Part shown: positions 19,039 to 30,616 of the stretch, piece by piece
Numbering within the stretch: the first letter of the stretch is position 1
Layout of the letters: the number at the start of each line of letters is the position of its first letter
NCBI GenBank assembly: GCA_905205975.1
Contig: CAJLFQ010000001.1
Location: forward strand, 598 to 64,597
Reading direction: 5' to 3'
Length of the DNA: 64,000 nucleotides
Source of the DNA: an uncultured Eubacteriales bacterium
GTDB lineage: Bacteria; Bacillota; Clostridia; Oscillospirales; QAMX01
Notes under the pieces: generated by a model
Told to the model about the DNA's origin: nothing
What the model saw: the letters and a program-made list of their open reading frames with translations, nothing else
Databases searched by the model: none
Made by a program: the position numbers and the translations under genes

Positions 19039-20238
19039 TTGCATATCCGAAACAATTACCGGCATACGATGAAAGCCTGCTACCTGGGCTACATCGGCAG
19101 CGCCATCATCAACAATTACGCGCCCCTGCTGTTTCTGACGTTCCAGTCCTCCTTCGGGATTTCCCTCGATAAGATTACGCTGCTGGTCACGATGAATTTC
19201 GGCATCCAGCTGATCGTTGATTTGCTGTCGGCCAAATTTGTCGACCGGATCGGTTACCGCATTTCCATCGTTGCGGCACAGCTGTTTTCGGCGGCCGGTC
19301 TGGTCGCGCTGGCGACGCTGCCGGTGATTCTACCGAACGCTTATGCCGGGCTCGTCACGGCGACGGCGCTCTACGCCATCGGCAGCGGCCTGAATGAGGT
19401 GCTGATCAGCCCCATCATTGAAGCCTGCCCGACCGACCAAAAGTCGGCGTCCATGAGCCTGCTGCATTCGTTTTACTGCTGGGGTCACGTTTTTGTTGTT
19501 CTGGCGTCCACGCTCTTTTTTGCTGCGTTCGGCGTTGAAAACTGGCGGATTCTGACCTATATCTGGGCGGCGATCCCGTTTGTCAATGCGTTTTATTTCA
19601 CCCAGGTGCCGATTGCGCGCCTGAATGACGGCGAAGCACCGATGCCCGTCCGGCGGCTGCTTTCCATCCGGATCTTCTGGCTGTTCGCGGTGCTGATGGT
19701 CTGTTCCGGCGCTTCAGAGCAGGCCATGGCGCAGTGGGCGTCGTCGTTTGCCGAAGCGGGTCTGAAGGTTTCCAAAACGATCGGCGACCTGACGGGACCC
19801 TGCCTGTTTGCGGTGCTGATGGGCGTCATGCGGATTCTGTACGCCAAATACAGCGAGAAAATCAACCTGACGCTCTTTATGGCTGGATGCGGCGTCCTGA
19901 GTGTTGCGGGCTTTCTGCTGGCGTCGCTGGCGCCTGTGCCGGTGCTGTCGCTTGTGGGCTGCGCCTGCTGCGGCATCGCGGCCGGCATTATGTGGCCGGG
20001 GACGCTGAGCCTTGCGGCGGCGGAATGTCCGTCCGGCGGTACGGCGATGTTCGCGCTGCTGGCGCTTGCGGGCGACTTGGGCTGTTCCACCGGCCCGACG
20101 CTCGTCGGCGCGGTTTCCGATGCCGCCGGGGGCGACCTGAAACGCGGACTGGCGGCGGCCATCATCTTCCCGATCCTGCTGACGATCGGTCTGTTCCTCA
20201 GCCGGAAATGGAGCGGGCAGCAATCCCGAAAAAAATGA
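19039..20238 (+). CDS. MFS transporter
   Basis: 399 aa with about 12 hydrophobic segments. TTG 19039 lies 9 nt after aggagag; the alternative start is ATG 19069. Confidence 0.8.
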   Translation: MHIRNNYRHTMKACYLGYIGSAIINNYAPLLFLTFQSSFGISLDKITLLVTMNFGIQLIVDLLSAKFVDRIGYRISIVAAQLFSAAGLVALATLPVILPNAYAGLVTATALYAIGSGLNEVLISPIIEACPTDQKSASMSLLHSFYCWGHVFVVLASTLFFAAFGVENWRILTYIWAAIPFVNAFYFTQVPIARLNDGEAPMPVRRLLSIRIFWLFAVLMVCSGASEQAMAQWASSFAEAGLKVSKTIGDLTGPCLFAVLMGVMRILYAKYSEKINLTLFMAGCGVLSVAGFLLASLAPVPVLSLVGCACCGIAAGIMWPGTLSLAAAECPSGGTAMFALLALAGDLGCSTGPTLVGAVSDAAGGDLKRGLAAAIIFPILLTIGLFLSRKWSGQQSRKK

Positions 20239-20246
20239 TTTCAAAC

Positions 20247-20289
20247 AGTGCGGCGTTTCCAAAATCGGAAACGCCGCACTTGCTTTTGC
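20247..20289. terminator. Bidirectional terminator between the convergent MFS and ATPase genes
   Basis: agtgcggcgtttcc (20247-20260) pairs with ggaaacgccgcact (20267-20280), followed by a T-rich tail. Confidence 0.8.
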
Positions 20290-20294
20290 AGGGG

Positions 20295-22850
<2,556 letters not shown>

Positions 22851-22914
22851 GGCGTTTTTTCCTCCGTCCTTTTGTACGTTTGCTTCATGCTATTCGGACA
22901 GGCGTGAAAATATG

Positions 22915-22951
22915 AAAAGCGGCCCGATCAAGCGGGCCGCTTTGTTGTTTT
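22915..22951. terminator. Stem-loop terminator downstream of the GNAT gene
   Basis: aagcggcccg pairs with cgggccgctt. Flanked by an A-run upstream and ttgttgtttt downstream. Confidence 0.65.
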
Positions 22952-22982
22952 AAATGGAATTGTTTTCCGCGTGCAGCACTGC

Positions 22983-23546
22983 TCAGCGCTTCGCAGTGAC
23001 ATCCGGCGCGGGTTCGCAGGGCAGGTTGTAGGCGGGCGTCGAGTCGATTACGAGGATGGCGAGCAGCTTTTCCCAGCGGGCACGGGCATCGTCCGTCCAG
23101 AGCAGCGGGCGGTAGCCGAGCGAAAGATAGGTCGAAACCGCCGGAACGCGAAAATCGTCGGTCGTCAGCCAGCAGCCTTGCAGGCCGTTTTCGGCATGCA
23201 TCTGCAAAACTTTGGCGATCAGCGGCTTGGACAGCTTCCGGCCGCGCCAGTCCGGATGAACGGCGATGTAATGCAGGTACGGTTCGCCGTCCAGATCGCG
23301 TGCGGTCGCCGTAGCGACGGGCACATCGTCTTTACAAATAAAGAAGATCCGCTCCGGCGGAATTTGATCCATCCCGCGGGCACGGAACATTTCAGGGCTG
23401 GCCTCCTGAATGCCGAATTCTCCGATACAGCAGTTTGCCCATGCGGCTTCCTCGCCGGGGCGCATCGAGCGGATGGTAAATCCTTCGGGGACGGGGATGG
23501 ACGGCACAGGGCAGGACGCTGGCCGCCGCATTTTCAGCTGCATCAT
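22983..23546 (-). CDS. GNAT family N-acetyltransferase
   Basis: Start trimmed to ATG 23546 (MMQLKM...), 9 nt after aaaggag. The listed N-terminal extension covers the promoter. Core motif YLHYIAVHPDWRGRKLSKPLIAKVL is typical of the GNAT acetyl-CoA site. Confidence 0.8.
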   Translation of the reverse strand: MMQLKMRRPASCPVPSIPVPEGFTIRSMRPGEEAAWANCCIGEFGIQEASPEMFRARGMDQIPPERIFFICKDDVPVATATARDLDGEPYLHYIAVHPDWRGRKLSKPLIAKVLQMHAENGLQGCWLTTDDFRVPAVSTYLSLGYRPLLWTDDARARWEKLLAILVIDSTPAYNLPCEPAPDVTAKR

Positions 23547-23581
23547 CAAACAGCACTCCTTTGTTTTCTGAACTTGCTGAT

Positions 23582-23610
23582 AGTATACCACACACGCCCG
23601 GCTGTGTCAA
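23582..23610 (-). promoter_or_regulatory. Sigma-A promoter of the GNAT gene (TTGACA-17-TGgTATACT)
   Basis: Minus strand has TTGACA (23605-23610), a 17-nt spacer, then TATACT (23582-23587) preceded by TGg. Confidence 0.65.
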
Positions 23611-23808
23611 TCGGCGGGCTGAAAGCGGTTCCGGTGTCACCGTTTGTAACCGTTTCCCGGCGTCTGTAACCGATGAAAAACGCTTGACAGGCAGGAAAGG
23701 ATGAATGAACGCCAAAATACAATTGGCAGATTGCACAAAAAACATGGTCACAATTTGGTCAATAGTACCAAAAAAACAGAACTGCCAAAAAAAATCGGCG
23801 TTTGGACG

Positions 23809-23837
23809 TTGACAAACCGGTAACAGGGTGGTATACT
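23809..23837 (+). promoter_or_regulatory. Sigma-A promoter of the NlpC/P60 pair (TTGACA-17-TGgTATACT)
   Basis: TTGACA 23809-23814, 17-nt spacer, TATACT 23832-23837 preceded by TGg. Confidence 0.65.
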
Positions 23838-23849
23838 ACTGTCATCGGC

Positions 23850-23866
23850 TGTTACCGAATTGTAAT
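23850..23866 (+). promoter_or_regulatory. WalR-type direct repeat TGTTAC-N5-TGTAAT
   Basis: Exact match to the TGTWAH-N5-TGTWAH consensus. It lies 13 nt downstream of the -10 element, in the leader of the first NlpC/P60 gene. Confidence 0.4.
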
Positions 23867-23904
23867 TCAAGCGGGCGGCCGGCATCCGACGGAGGATATC
23901 CAAC

Positions 23905-24795
23905 ATGAGCAAAACGCTGAAATACCTGCTGACAACAGCAGTCATGATGTTCGCGGCCGTCCTGCTGACGACAGGGGCGTACGCGACGGAAGTTCGATCC
24001 GGCACCGTGACCGGAAACGTCGTCAACATCCGCGAGACCCCGTCCGCCAGCGGCAAATGGCTGATGAGCGTGCCGAAGGGCGGCAAGGTCATCATCATGG
24101 ACCAGACGAACAACTGGTTCAAAGTCGGCTACAACGGCACGGTCGGCTACATGACGGCCGATTACGTCGAGCCGGTCTGCGACGATGACGGCGCCTACGG
24201 CTCCGGCGTGGTCACCGGGTCGTTTGTTTATCTCCGCGCAGATACCTCGGCGGCTTCCATGGCGCGTGCGACGCTGAGCGAAGGTCTGAACGTCAAAATC
24301 AAGGGCGTCAAAGACGGCTGGTACTGCGTCAGCTACGGCAAGTTCGAGGGCTATATGCATCCGGACTATGTGGAGCCGATCAAAGTCGCCACAACGACGA
24401 CCGTTGCAAGAACGACCATCACGGAAGGTCAGAAGATCGTCAACATCGCGAAAAAGTACATCGGCGTCCGTTATGTCTGGGGCGGCTCCACACCGAGCGG
24501 CTTTGACTGCTCCGGTCTTGTGACCTACGTCTTCAACGAATGGGCCGGTTACAAGTTCAAAATGCGGACGCGCCTCTACCTGAACGGCACCAGCATCAAA
24601 TACGCCAACCTGACGGCCGGCGACCTCGTCTTCTTCGACACGGCGGGCCGCGGCAACATCACCCACGTCGGCATCTACGTCGGCGGCGGACAGTTCATCC
24701 ACGCACCGAAGCCGGGCACTTCCGTCCGGATCGAATCCATGGCCTCCGGCAGCTACTACGCAAGGACGTTTGTCTGCGCCCGCCGGATTGCCTGA
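23905..24795 (+). CDS. Secreted SH3-domain + NlpC/P60 (C40) peptidoglycan endopeptidase
   Basis: 296 aa. Signal-like N-terminus, two SH3b-like repeats (GTVTGNVVNIRETPS..., GVVTGSFVYLRADTS...). Catalytic block GGSTPSGFDCSGLVTYVF ... ITHVGIYVGGGQFIHAP. Confidence 0.9.
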   Translation: MSKTLKYLLTTAVMMFAAVLLTTGAYATEVRSGTVTGNVVNIRETPSASGKWLMSVPKGGKVIIMDQTNNWFKVGYNGTVGYMTADYVEPVCDDDGAYGSGVVTGSFVYLRADTSAASMARATLSEGLNVKIKGVKDGWYCVSYGKFEGYMHPDYVEPIKVATTTTVARTTITEGQKIVNIAKKYIGVRYVWGGSTPSGFDCSGLVTYVFNEWAGYKFKMRTRLYLNGTSIKYANLTAGDLVFFDTAGRGNITHVGIYVGGGQFIHAPKPGTSVRIESMASGSYYARTFVCARRIA

Positions 24796-24847
24796 CGCAT
24801 CTTCCCGCTTCAACTTACCATTTCCAATCAGATCGAGGTGATTCTTC

Positions 24848-25717
24848 ATGCAGAAGTGCATGAAACTGCTTGTTACAACCGGCCTGCTCCTAATGCTCAT
24901 CATCGGCATCGGCGTTTCTGCCTACGCGGATGAAGTCCGCGCCGCATCTGTCACGGCTTCTGCGGTCAATCTGCGTGAAGAACCGGACACCGACGCAGCC
25001 GTTCTGACGAGCGTCGCACAGGGTGAAACCGTCGCTCTGCTCGGCGAAGCAGAAGACGGCTGGTATCAGGCGAATTACAACGGCACCGTCGGCTATCTGT
25101 CAGCCGAATACGTCGCCGTGGAAGCATCCGAAGAAACAGACGTGGCCGGATATGTCACCGGCTCCTACGTTTACATCCGCGAAACCGCCGCAAGCGACGG
25201 CAAGATTCTGAGCGGCCTGAGCAAGGGCGCCAAGGTCATGGTCTCCGCTGTTGAAAACGGCTGGTACCGCATCACAAGAGGCGAAACCGTCGGCTACATG
25301 AGCGCGGACTACATCGCGCTGGGCGAACCGCCGGCAAAAACGTCGGGCGAAGAGCTCGTCGAACTGGCCAAAACCTACATCGGCTACCGTTACGTCTACG
25401 GTGCGTCGTCGCCGTCCGTCGGCTTTGACTGCTCCGGTCTTGTCACCTACGTTTACAAAAAATACAACGGCTTCACCTTCAAGAGCCGCACCAGCCTCTA
25501 TCTGGACGGTACGCGCGTCAAATATGCAGAGCTCCAGCCGGGCGATCTCGTCTTCTTCGATACCGTCGGCCGCGGCGGCATCACCCATGTCGGCATCTAC
25601 GTCGGCAACGGTCAGATGATTCACGCGCCGAACTCCCGCTCCCGCGTGAAGATTGTCTCCATGCAGCCCGGCACATACTACTACCGCACCTATAAGGGCG
25701 CCCGCCGCGTTCTCTGA
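24848..25717 (+). CDS. Secreted SH3-domain + NlpC/P60 (C40) peptidoglycan endopeptidase, paralogue
   Basis: 289 aa with the same architecture as the upstream gene (VGFDCSGLVTYVY ... ITHVGIYVGNGQMIHAP). RBS gaggtg. Confidence 0.9.
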   Translation: MQKCMKLLVTTGLLLMLIIGIGVSAYADEVRAASVTASAVNLREEPDTDAAVLTSVAQGETVALLGEAEDGWYQANYNGTVGYLSAEYVAVEASEETDVAGYVTGSYVYIRETAASDGKILSGLSKGAKVMVSAVENGWYRITRGETVGYMSADYIALGEPPAKTSGEELVELAKTYIGYRYVYGASSPSVGFDCSGLVTYVYKKYNGFTFKSRTSLYLDGTRVKYAELQPGDLVFFDTVGRGGITHVGIYVGNGQMIHAPNSRSRVKIVSMQPGTYYYRTYKGARRVL

Positions 25718-25753
25718 TCCGGCAAACAGCCCAGCATCCAAACGAAAACAGCA

Positions 25754-25800
25754 ACGGCCTGCCGTCTGCATCCAGCAGATGACAGGCCGTTTTGATTTGG
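25754..25800 (+). terminator. Rho-independent terminator after the NlpC/P60 pair
   Basis: acggcctg (25754-25761) pairs with caggccgt (25783-25790). Inner pairing tctgc/gcaga. Followed by TTTT. Confidence 0.7.
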
Positions 25801-25807
25801 GCTGCAT

Positions 25808-25836
25808 TTGACAAGCGCCGGAGAACGTGCTATAAT
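25808..25836 (+). promoter_or_regulatory. Consensus sigma-A promoter (TTGACA-17-TGcTATAAT)
   Basis: TTGACA 25808-25813, 17-nt spacer, TATAAT 25831-25836 with an upstream TGc. Precedes the VanW-family gene. Confidence 0.7.
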
Positions 25837-25899
25837 CATCGCCGAAAATATGCGTCAAACCATCGGAATGACGCTTAATCGAACCGGGAGGCGGCCAAT

Positions 25900-26745
25900 A
25901 TGCGCCAAGATCAACCGCGCAGACTGTTCTGCGACCTTTCTCCAACGGCATACCGGATTTCCGCGTGGAAATGCCGGACGCTGCGCCATCTGAAAAACGC
26001 CTGTATGCTGGGCAGACTGGCGCGTGAAAAACAGGCGCCCCTGCCGGAAGTCATTTACCGCCACAGCGCCCTGATCCGGCGCAGGCTGGGCAATGTGTCG
26101 CCCGAACTGCAGGAAAACAAAGCTGTCAATCTGGCCCTGGCCGCACCGAAAATCAGCGGCATCGTCATCCGCCCGGGGCAGACGTTTTCCTTCTGGGCGC
26201 TGGTCGGCGCCTGCACGCGGAAAAAGGGGTATCTGGAAGGGCTTGTTTTTCGAAACGGGGAGACGGGTCAGGCCGTCGGCGGCGGCATGTGCCAGTTTAC
26301 CAATCTGATTCACTGGATGGTGCTTCACACGCCGCTGGAGATCTGCGAACATCATCATCACGACAGCGCCGATTTCTTTCCGGATTACGGCCGTCAGGTG
26401 CCGTTCGGCACCGGGACGTCGATAGCATACAACTACCTGGATTACCGCTTCCGGAATCCGACGGACCGCGTCTATCAGCTGATCGTCTGGGTTGACGGCG
26501 AATATCTGCGCGGCGAAATCCGCAGCGACCGCCCGCAGCCGGAAAAATATCACATCCGCACGGAAAACGAATGCTTCACCTGTGAAGACGGCGTCTGGTA
26601 CCGCTGCGGGGAAGTCTGGCGCAAACAGATCGACCGCCGCACGGGGCAGGTTGTCGGCCGGACGTGCATCCGCAGAAACCATGCGCGCGTCTATTATGAT
26701 CCGGCGCTGATTCCGCCGGAGAAACGACAGACCCCGGACGCATGA
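25900..26745 (+). CDS. VanW family protein
   Basis: 281 aa. Segment SGIVIRPGQTFSFWALVG ... GGGMCQFTNLIHWMVLHTPL is typical of VanW-like domains. RBS gggagg. Confidence 0.75.
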   Translation: MRQDQPRRLFCDLSPTAYRISAWKCRTLRHLKNACMLGRLAREKQAPLPEVIYRHSALIRRRLGNVSPELQENKAVNLALAAPKISGIVIRPGQTFSFWALVGACTRKKGYLEGLVFRNGETGQAVGGGMCQFTNLIHWMVLHTPLEICEHHHHDSADFFPDYGRQVPFGTGTSIAYNYLDYRFRNPTDRVYQLIVWVDGEYLRGEIRSDRPQPEKYHIRTENECFTCEDGVWYRCGEVWRKQIDRRTGQVVGRTCIRRNHARVYYDPALIPPEKRQTPDA

Positions 26746-26793
26746 AGCGGACAGCCCGCGCATAAACATATCCCTCAAGAGGAGGGATGCCGG

Positions 26794-27393
26794 ATGTTGT
26801 CTGTAATCTGGGTTATCATGGTCTGTACGGCGCTGATCACCGGCGCCGTCAACGGCCGGCTGGAAGCGGTCGGCGCCGCGGCGCTGACCGGCGCTTCGGA
26901 GGCCGTCCGGCTCTGTCTGGCCATTGCCGGGCCAATCTGCCTGTGGTCGGGCGTCATGGCGCTGCTGCGGGCGGGCGGCGGTGCGGCGCGTCTGAGCCGC
27001 CTGCTGCGCCCAGTGCTGAAACGGCTGTTTCCAAAAGCGGCCGAAGAACCGGACACGCTGGAAAAAATCGGTGCCAACGTCAGCGCCAATCTGCTGGGGC
27101 TGGGCAACGCCGCGACACCGCTCGGCATGGCTGCGGCAGAGGCGCTTGGCCGTCACTGCACCGGCGGAAAGGCTTCCGACGAGCTGTGCCGTCTGGTCGT
27201 GCTGAACACGGCTTCGCTTCAGCTGATTCCGTCTACCATCGCGTCCGTCCGGGCGGGATTGGGCGCAGCGTCGCCGTTTGACATTCTGCCGGCCGTTTGG
27301 CTGGCGTCGCTCGCGTCGCTGGCGGTTGGGTTGGGGACGGCGCTGCTGGCCGGGATCATCGGGAGGCGCAGAATATGCCGATCGCATGGCTGA
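26794..27393 (+). CDS. spmA: Spore maturation protein A (nucleoside-recognition-domain membrane protein)
   Basis: 199 aa. MLSVIWVIMVCTALITGAVNGRLEAV... and NLLGLGNAATPLGMAA match the SpmA pattern. Followed by an overlapping spmB. Confidence 0.8.
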   Translation: MLSVIWVIMVCTALITGAVNGRLEAVGAAALTGASEAVRLCLAIAGPICLWSGVMALLRAGGGAARLSRLLRPVLKRLFPKAAEEPDTLEKIGANVSANLLGLGNAATPLGMAAAEALGRHCTGGKASDELCRLVVLNTASLQLIPSTIASVRAGLGAASPFDILPAVWLASLASLAVGLGTALLAGIIGRRRICRSHG

Positions 27394-27911
27394 CGCGCCT
27401 CAGCGCACTGATCATGCCGCTGCTGATTGCGGCGGCAGGCATCGCAGCACTGCGGAAAAAACAGGATGTCTTCGGCGCGCTGACCGGCGGCGCGGCGGAC
27501 GGATTGAAAACGATTGCAAAGCTGGTCCCGACGCTGGTCGGCCTTCTCAGCGCCGTCGCCATGCTGCGGGCGTCCGGCGCGTTTGACGCGCTGGAATCGC
27601 TGGTGCAGCCGCTGATGGATGCGCTCGGTGTCCCGGCATCCCTGACGCAGCTGGTGCTGCTGCGCCCGTTCTCCGGCAGCGGGGCGCTTGCGGCCGCCGC
27701 CGACGTCATGCAGACGGCCGGCGCGGACAGCTTGGCAGGACGGATGGCGGCTGTGATGCTCGCGTCCAGCGAAACGACGCTCTATACGGCAAGCGTTTAT
27801 TTCGGCGCCGCCGGGATCCGGCGCACGCGCTATGCGCTGGCGGCGGCGTTTGCCGCAGAGGCGGCGGCTTTCTTCGCTTCAACGGCGCTTGTACGGCTGT
27901 TTTGGGGCTGA
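27375..27911 (+). CDS. spmB: Spore maturation protein B
   Basis: Start trimmed to ATG 27375 (RBS gggagg 27361-27366). It overlaps the spmA stop. MPIAWLTRLSALIMPLLIAAAGIAAL ... LRPFSGSGALAAAADVM. Confidence 0.8.
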   Translation: MPIAWLTRLSALIMPLLIAAAGIAALRKKQDVFGALTGGAADGLKTIAKLVPTLVGLLSAVAMLRASGAFDALESLVQPLMDALGVPASLTQLVLLRPFSGSGALAAAADVMQTAGADSLAGRMAAVMLASSETTLYTASVYFGAAGIRRTRYALAAAFAAEAAAFFASTALVRLFWG

Positions 27912-28177
27912 CGGCGGACAGAACCGCCGGACAAAAGCCGGGCGGAACCTGTGGAAAATGTAAAAACTTTCCGACATGCGCAAAAACACTTTACTATTGG
28001 CCGGAAATGGTGTAAAATATAAAGAGGCGTCTGGCAGAAAGGCCGGGCGCCGAGCAAACAGCCTCGCTGAAAACGTCCGCGGTCCGCGCGGACAAGCAGC
28101 AGACCGAGGTTCGCTGCGAACGGAAACCGGCGCAGCGGTCGCTGCCGTCGGCGCGAGGTCATTCGGAGGTTATCAAA

Positions 28178-29743
28178 GTGGGAAAAGCTGACAGAATTCG
28201 AGAAGAAAGACAGACCCGTCTGGTGGAAGCATCCGCCAACCAACCCAAGCAGAAGCAGATGAGCCCGAAGCTCAAACGGATTCTCATTTCCGTTCTCTGC
28301 GTCGTCCTTGTGGTGGCGATGGTCGCCGTTGTCATCATCAATACGCGCCGTACCAGCGGCACGGCCATGAAACATGCTGACGCCATTACATTCAACGGCA
28401 AAAACTACAAAGCCACCGACGTGAGTTTCTACTACAACGTCTTCAAAAATCAGTATGCAAGCTACGATCAGCAGATTTATTCGGCGTACGGATTCCACAT
28501 TTATAACGTCGATTTCACCAAATCGCTGTTCGAACAGACCTATGACAAAGATACCGGCCTGAGCTGGGGCGACTACCTGCTCGATCAGGCCGTGGACACG
28601 TTCTACAACTATCTGGCGCTGGAAGCCGCGGGCAAAGCGGCGGGCTATGTCTTGCCGGAAGAGGCGTATGCCGCGATCGATGAAACGGTCGCCGGCATGG
28701 AATCTTCCGCCAAGACGAATGGTGTCTCTGTGGAATATCTGCTGAAGGCCAACTACGGCACGGGCATCACCATGGAAAAATTCCGTGAATTCGCCGAACG
28801 CGAGGCGTATGCCTCCTACTACGGCAAGAGCATCCGCGACGGCTTTGAAGTGACCCAGAGCGACATCGATACGCATTACAACGACAACAAGAACGACTTT
28901 GACGTTGTCAACTACCGCAGCTTCGTTTTGAAGGTCGAACTGCCGGAACACCTCGACGCCGACGGCAAAGTCTACTCCGACGATAAGACCAAGGCCGAAG
29001 ACGCCGAAGTCATCGCCGAGAAGCTCGCAGAGCTGAAAAAACGCCTCGACGCCGTCACCAGCGAAGACGGCTTCAACAAGCTGGCGGAAGAGCTGACGCG
29101 CTCCACCGATAAAGACGGCAAGGAAGTTGCCGGCGTTACCCCGGAAGATACGCTGAAAGAGGGCGCCTCCTATTCGTCGCTGAGCGAAGATCTCCAGAAA
29201 TGGATGTTCGACGCCGATCGCAAAGCGGGCGACACCAACATCATCGAAAACTCGTCCTCGCTGACGGCATACTATTTCCTGGAACGCAGCGACCGTTCTG
29301 AGCTGGCGCGCAGCGTCCGCCACATTCTCCTGAAGTCCGACGAAGAAGACGAAACGGTCAAGGCCAAGGCGGAAGAAATCCTCAACCAGTGGCTTGCCGG
29401 CGATAAAACGGCGGAATCCTTCGGCGAGCTGGCGAAGGAACACTCCGAAGACGCCGGTTCCAAGGACAACGGCGGTCTGTATGAGGACGTCGGCCGCGGC
29501 ACGATGGTGGCGGAATTTGACGAGTGGCTCTTCGACGCCGACCGCAAGCCGGGTGACACGGGCATCGTCTTCACCGAAGACTTCGGCTATCACATCATGT
29601 ACTACGTCGGCGAAACGAGACCGTACCGCGACGTTCTGGTTGAAGACGCGATCCGCAGCGAACGGTATACGGACTATACCGAAAGTCTGAAGACGACGTA
29701 TCCGCTGACGAGAATCGAAGACGGTCTGTCGAAGATCAAGTAA
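28178..29743 (+). CDS. Membrane-anchored parvulin-type peptidyl-prolyl isomerase (PrsA/SurA-like)
   Basis: 521 aa. GTG start 8 nt after ggagg. One N-terminal TM helix. C-terminal PpiC domain VRHILLKS ... EHSEDAGSKDNGGLYEDVGRGTMVAEFDEWLF ... FGYHIMYYVG. Confidence 0.85.
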   Translation: MGKADRIREERQTRLVEASANQPKQKQMSPKLKRILISVLCVVLVVAMVAVVIINTRRTSGTAMKHADAITFNGKNYKATDVSFYYNVFKNQYASYDQQIYSAYGFHIYNVDFTKSLFEQTYDKDTGLSWGDYLLDQAVDTFYNYLALEAAGKAAGYVLPEEAYAAIDETVAGMESSAKTNGVSVEYLLKANYGTGITMEKFREFAEREAYASYYGKSIRDGFEVTQSDIDTHYNDNKNDFDVVNYRSFVLKVELPEHLDADGKVYSDDKTKAEDAEVIAEKLAELKKRLDAVTSEDGFNKLAEELTRSTDKDGKEVAGVTPEDTLKEGASYSSLSEDLQKWMFDADRKAGDTNIIENSSSLTAYYFLERSDRSELARSVRHILLKSDEEDETVKAKAEEILNQWLAGDKTAESFGELAKEHSEDAGSKDNGGLYEDVGRGTMVAEFDEWLFDADRKPGDTGIVFTEDFGYHIMYYVGETRPYRDVLVEDAIRSERYTDYTESLKTTYPLTRIEDGLSKIK

Positions 29744-29776
29744 CGAACCCAGAAAAACAAAAAAGGAATGACACGA

Positions 29777-30598
29777 ATGGACAACAACGAAGCAGTCATG
29801 CTCCAGAACAAGGCGGACGATATCCGCGCGCTGGCGCTCAGAATGTTCCAGAAGATCGGCAAAGGCCACGTCGGCGGCGCCATGTCGATCGCCGATTTGC
29901 TCAGCGTTCTCTACTTCAAACGCATGAACATCGACCCGAAGAACCCGCAGTGGGCGGATCGCGACCGTCTGGTGCTCTCCAAGGGTCATGCCGGTCCGGC
30001 GCTGTATGCGGCGCTCGCGCTGCGCGGCTACTTCCCGGAGGAAGAATGCCTGACGCTGAACCAGCCGGGGACGAATCTCCCCAGCCACTGCGACATGCGC
30101 AAGACGATCGGCATCGATATGACGGCCGGTTCCCTGGCGCAGGGCTTCTCCGCCGCCGTCGGCATGGCGCTTGCCTGCCAGCTCGACAAGAAGTCGAACC
30201 GCATCTATACGATCATCGGCGACGGCGAAAGCCAGGAAGGCCAGATCTGGGAAGCGGCAATGCTCGCCGGAAACCGCAAGCTCGCCAACATCACCGCTTT
30301 CTGCGACAACAACGGCATGCAGATCGACGGCTATACGAACGATATCAACTCCATCGAACCGATTGCCGACAAGTGGCGCGCCTTCAAATGGAACGTCATT
30401 GAATGCTGCGGCCATGACGTCAAGGCGCTTGACGCGGCGATTGCGCTGTCCATCGCCGAAAAGGAACGCCCGACCATGATCGTCATGAAAACAATCAAGG
30501 GCAAAGGCGCCAACTTCTGCGAAAACACGGTCGCATCCCACAGCACGGCGGTTTCGGAAGAACAGCTCGAAAGTGCGCTTGCGGCGCTGAAGCGATAA
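29777..30598 (+). CDS. Transketolase, N-terminal (TPP-binding) subunit
   Basis: GHVGGAMSIADLL, SKGHAGPALYA and GDGESQEGQIWEA. The ORF track starts at ATG 29768; ATG 29777 has better spacing from the RBS. Confidence 0.9.
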   Translation: MDNNEAVMLQNKADDIRALALRMFQKIGKGHVGGAMSIADLLSVLYFKRMNIDPKNPQWADRDRLVLSKGHAGPALYAALALRGYFPEEECLTLNQPGTNLPSHCDMRKTIGIDMTAGSLAQGFSAAVGMALACQLDKKSNRIYTIIGDGESQEGQIWEAAMLAGNRKLANITAFCDNNGMQIDGYTNDINSIEPIADKWRAFKWNVIECCGHDVKALDAAIALSIAEKERPTMIVMKTIKGKGANFCENTVASHSTAVSEEQLESALAALKR

Positions 30599-30616
30599 AG
30601 AAAGAGGAACCCGGAA

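Noticed and set aside
28020-28177. Structured G+C-rich leader upstream of the PPIase gene as a riboswitch
   Set aside because: It contains a perfect hairpin (gtccgcg-gtc-cgcggac) and other pairings. However, it has no terminator or RBS-sequestering arrangement and no known motif. The evidence is insufficient to call a regulatory RNA.
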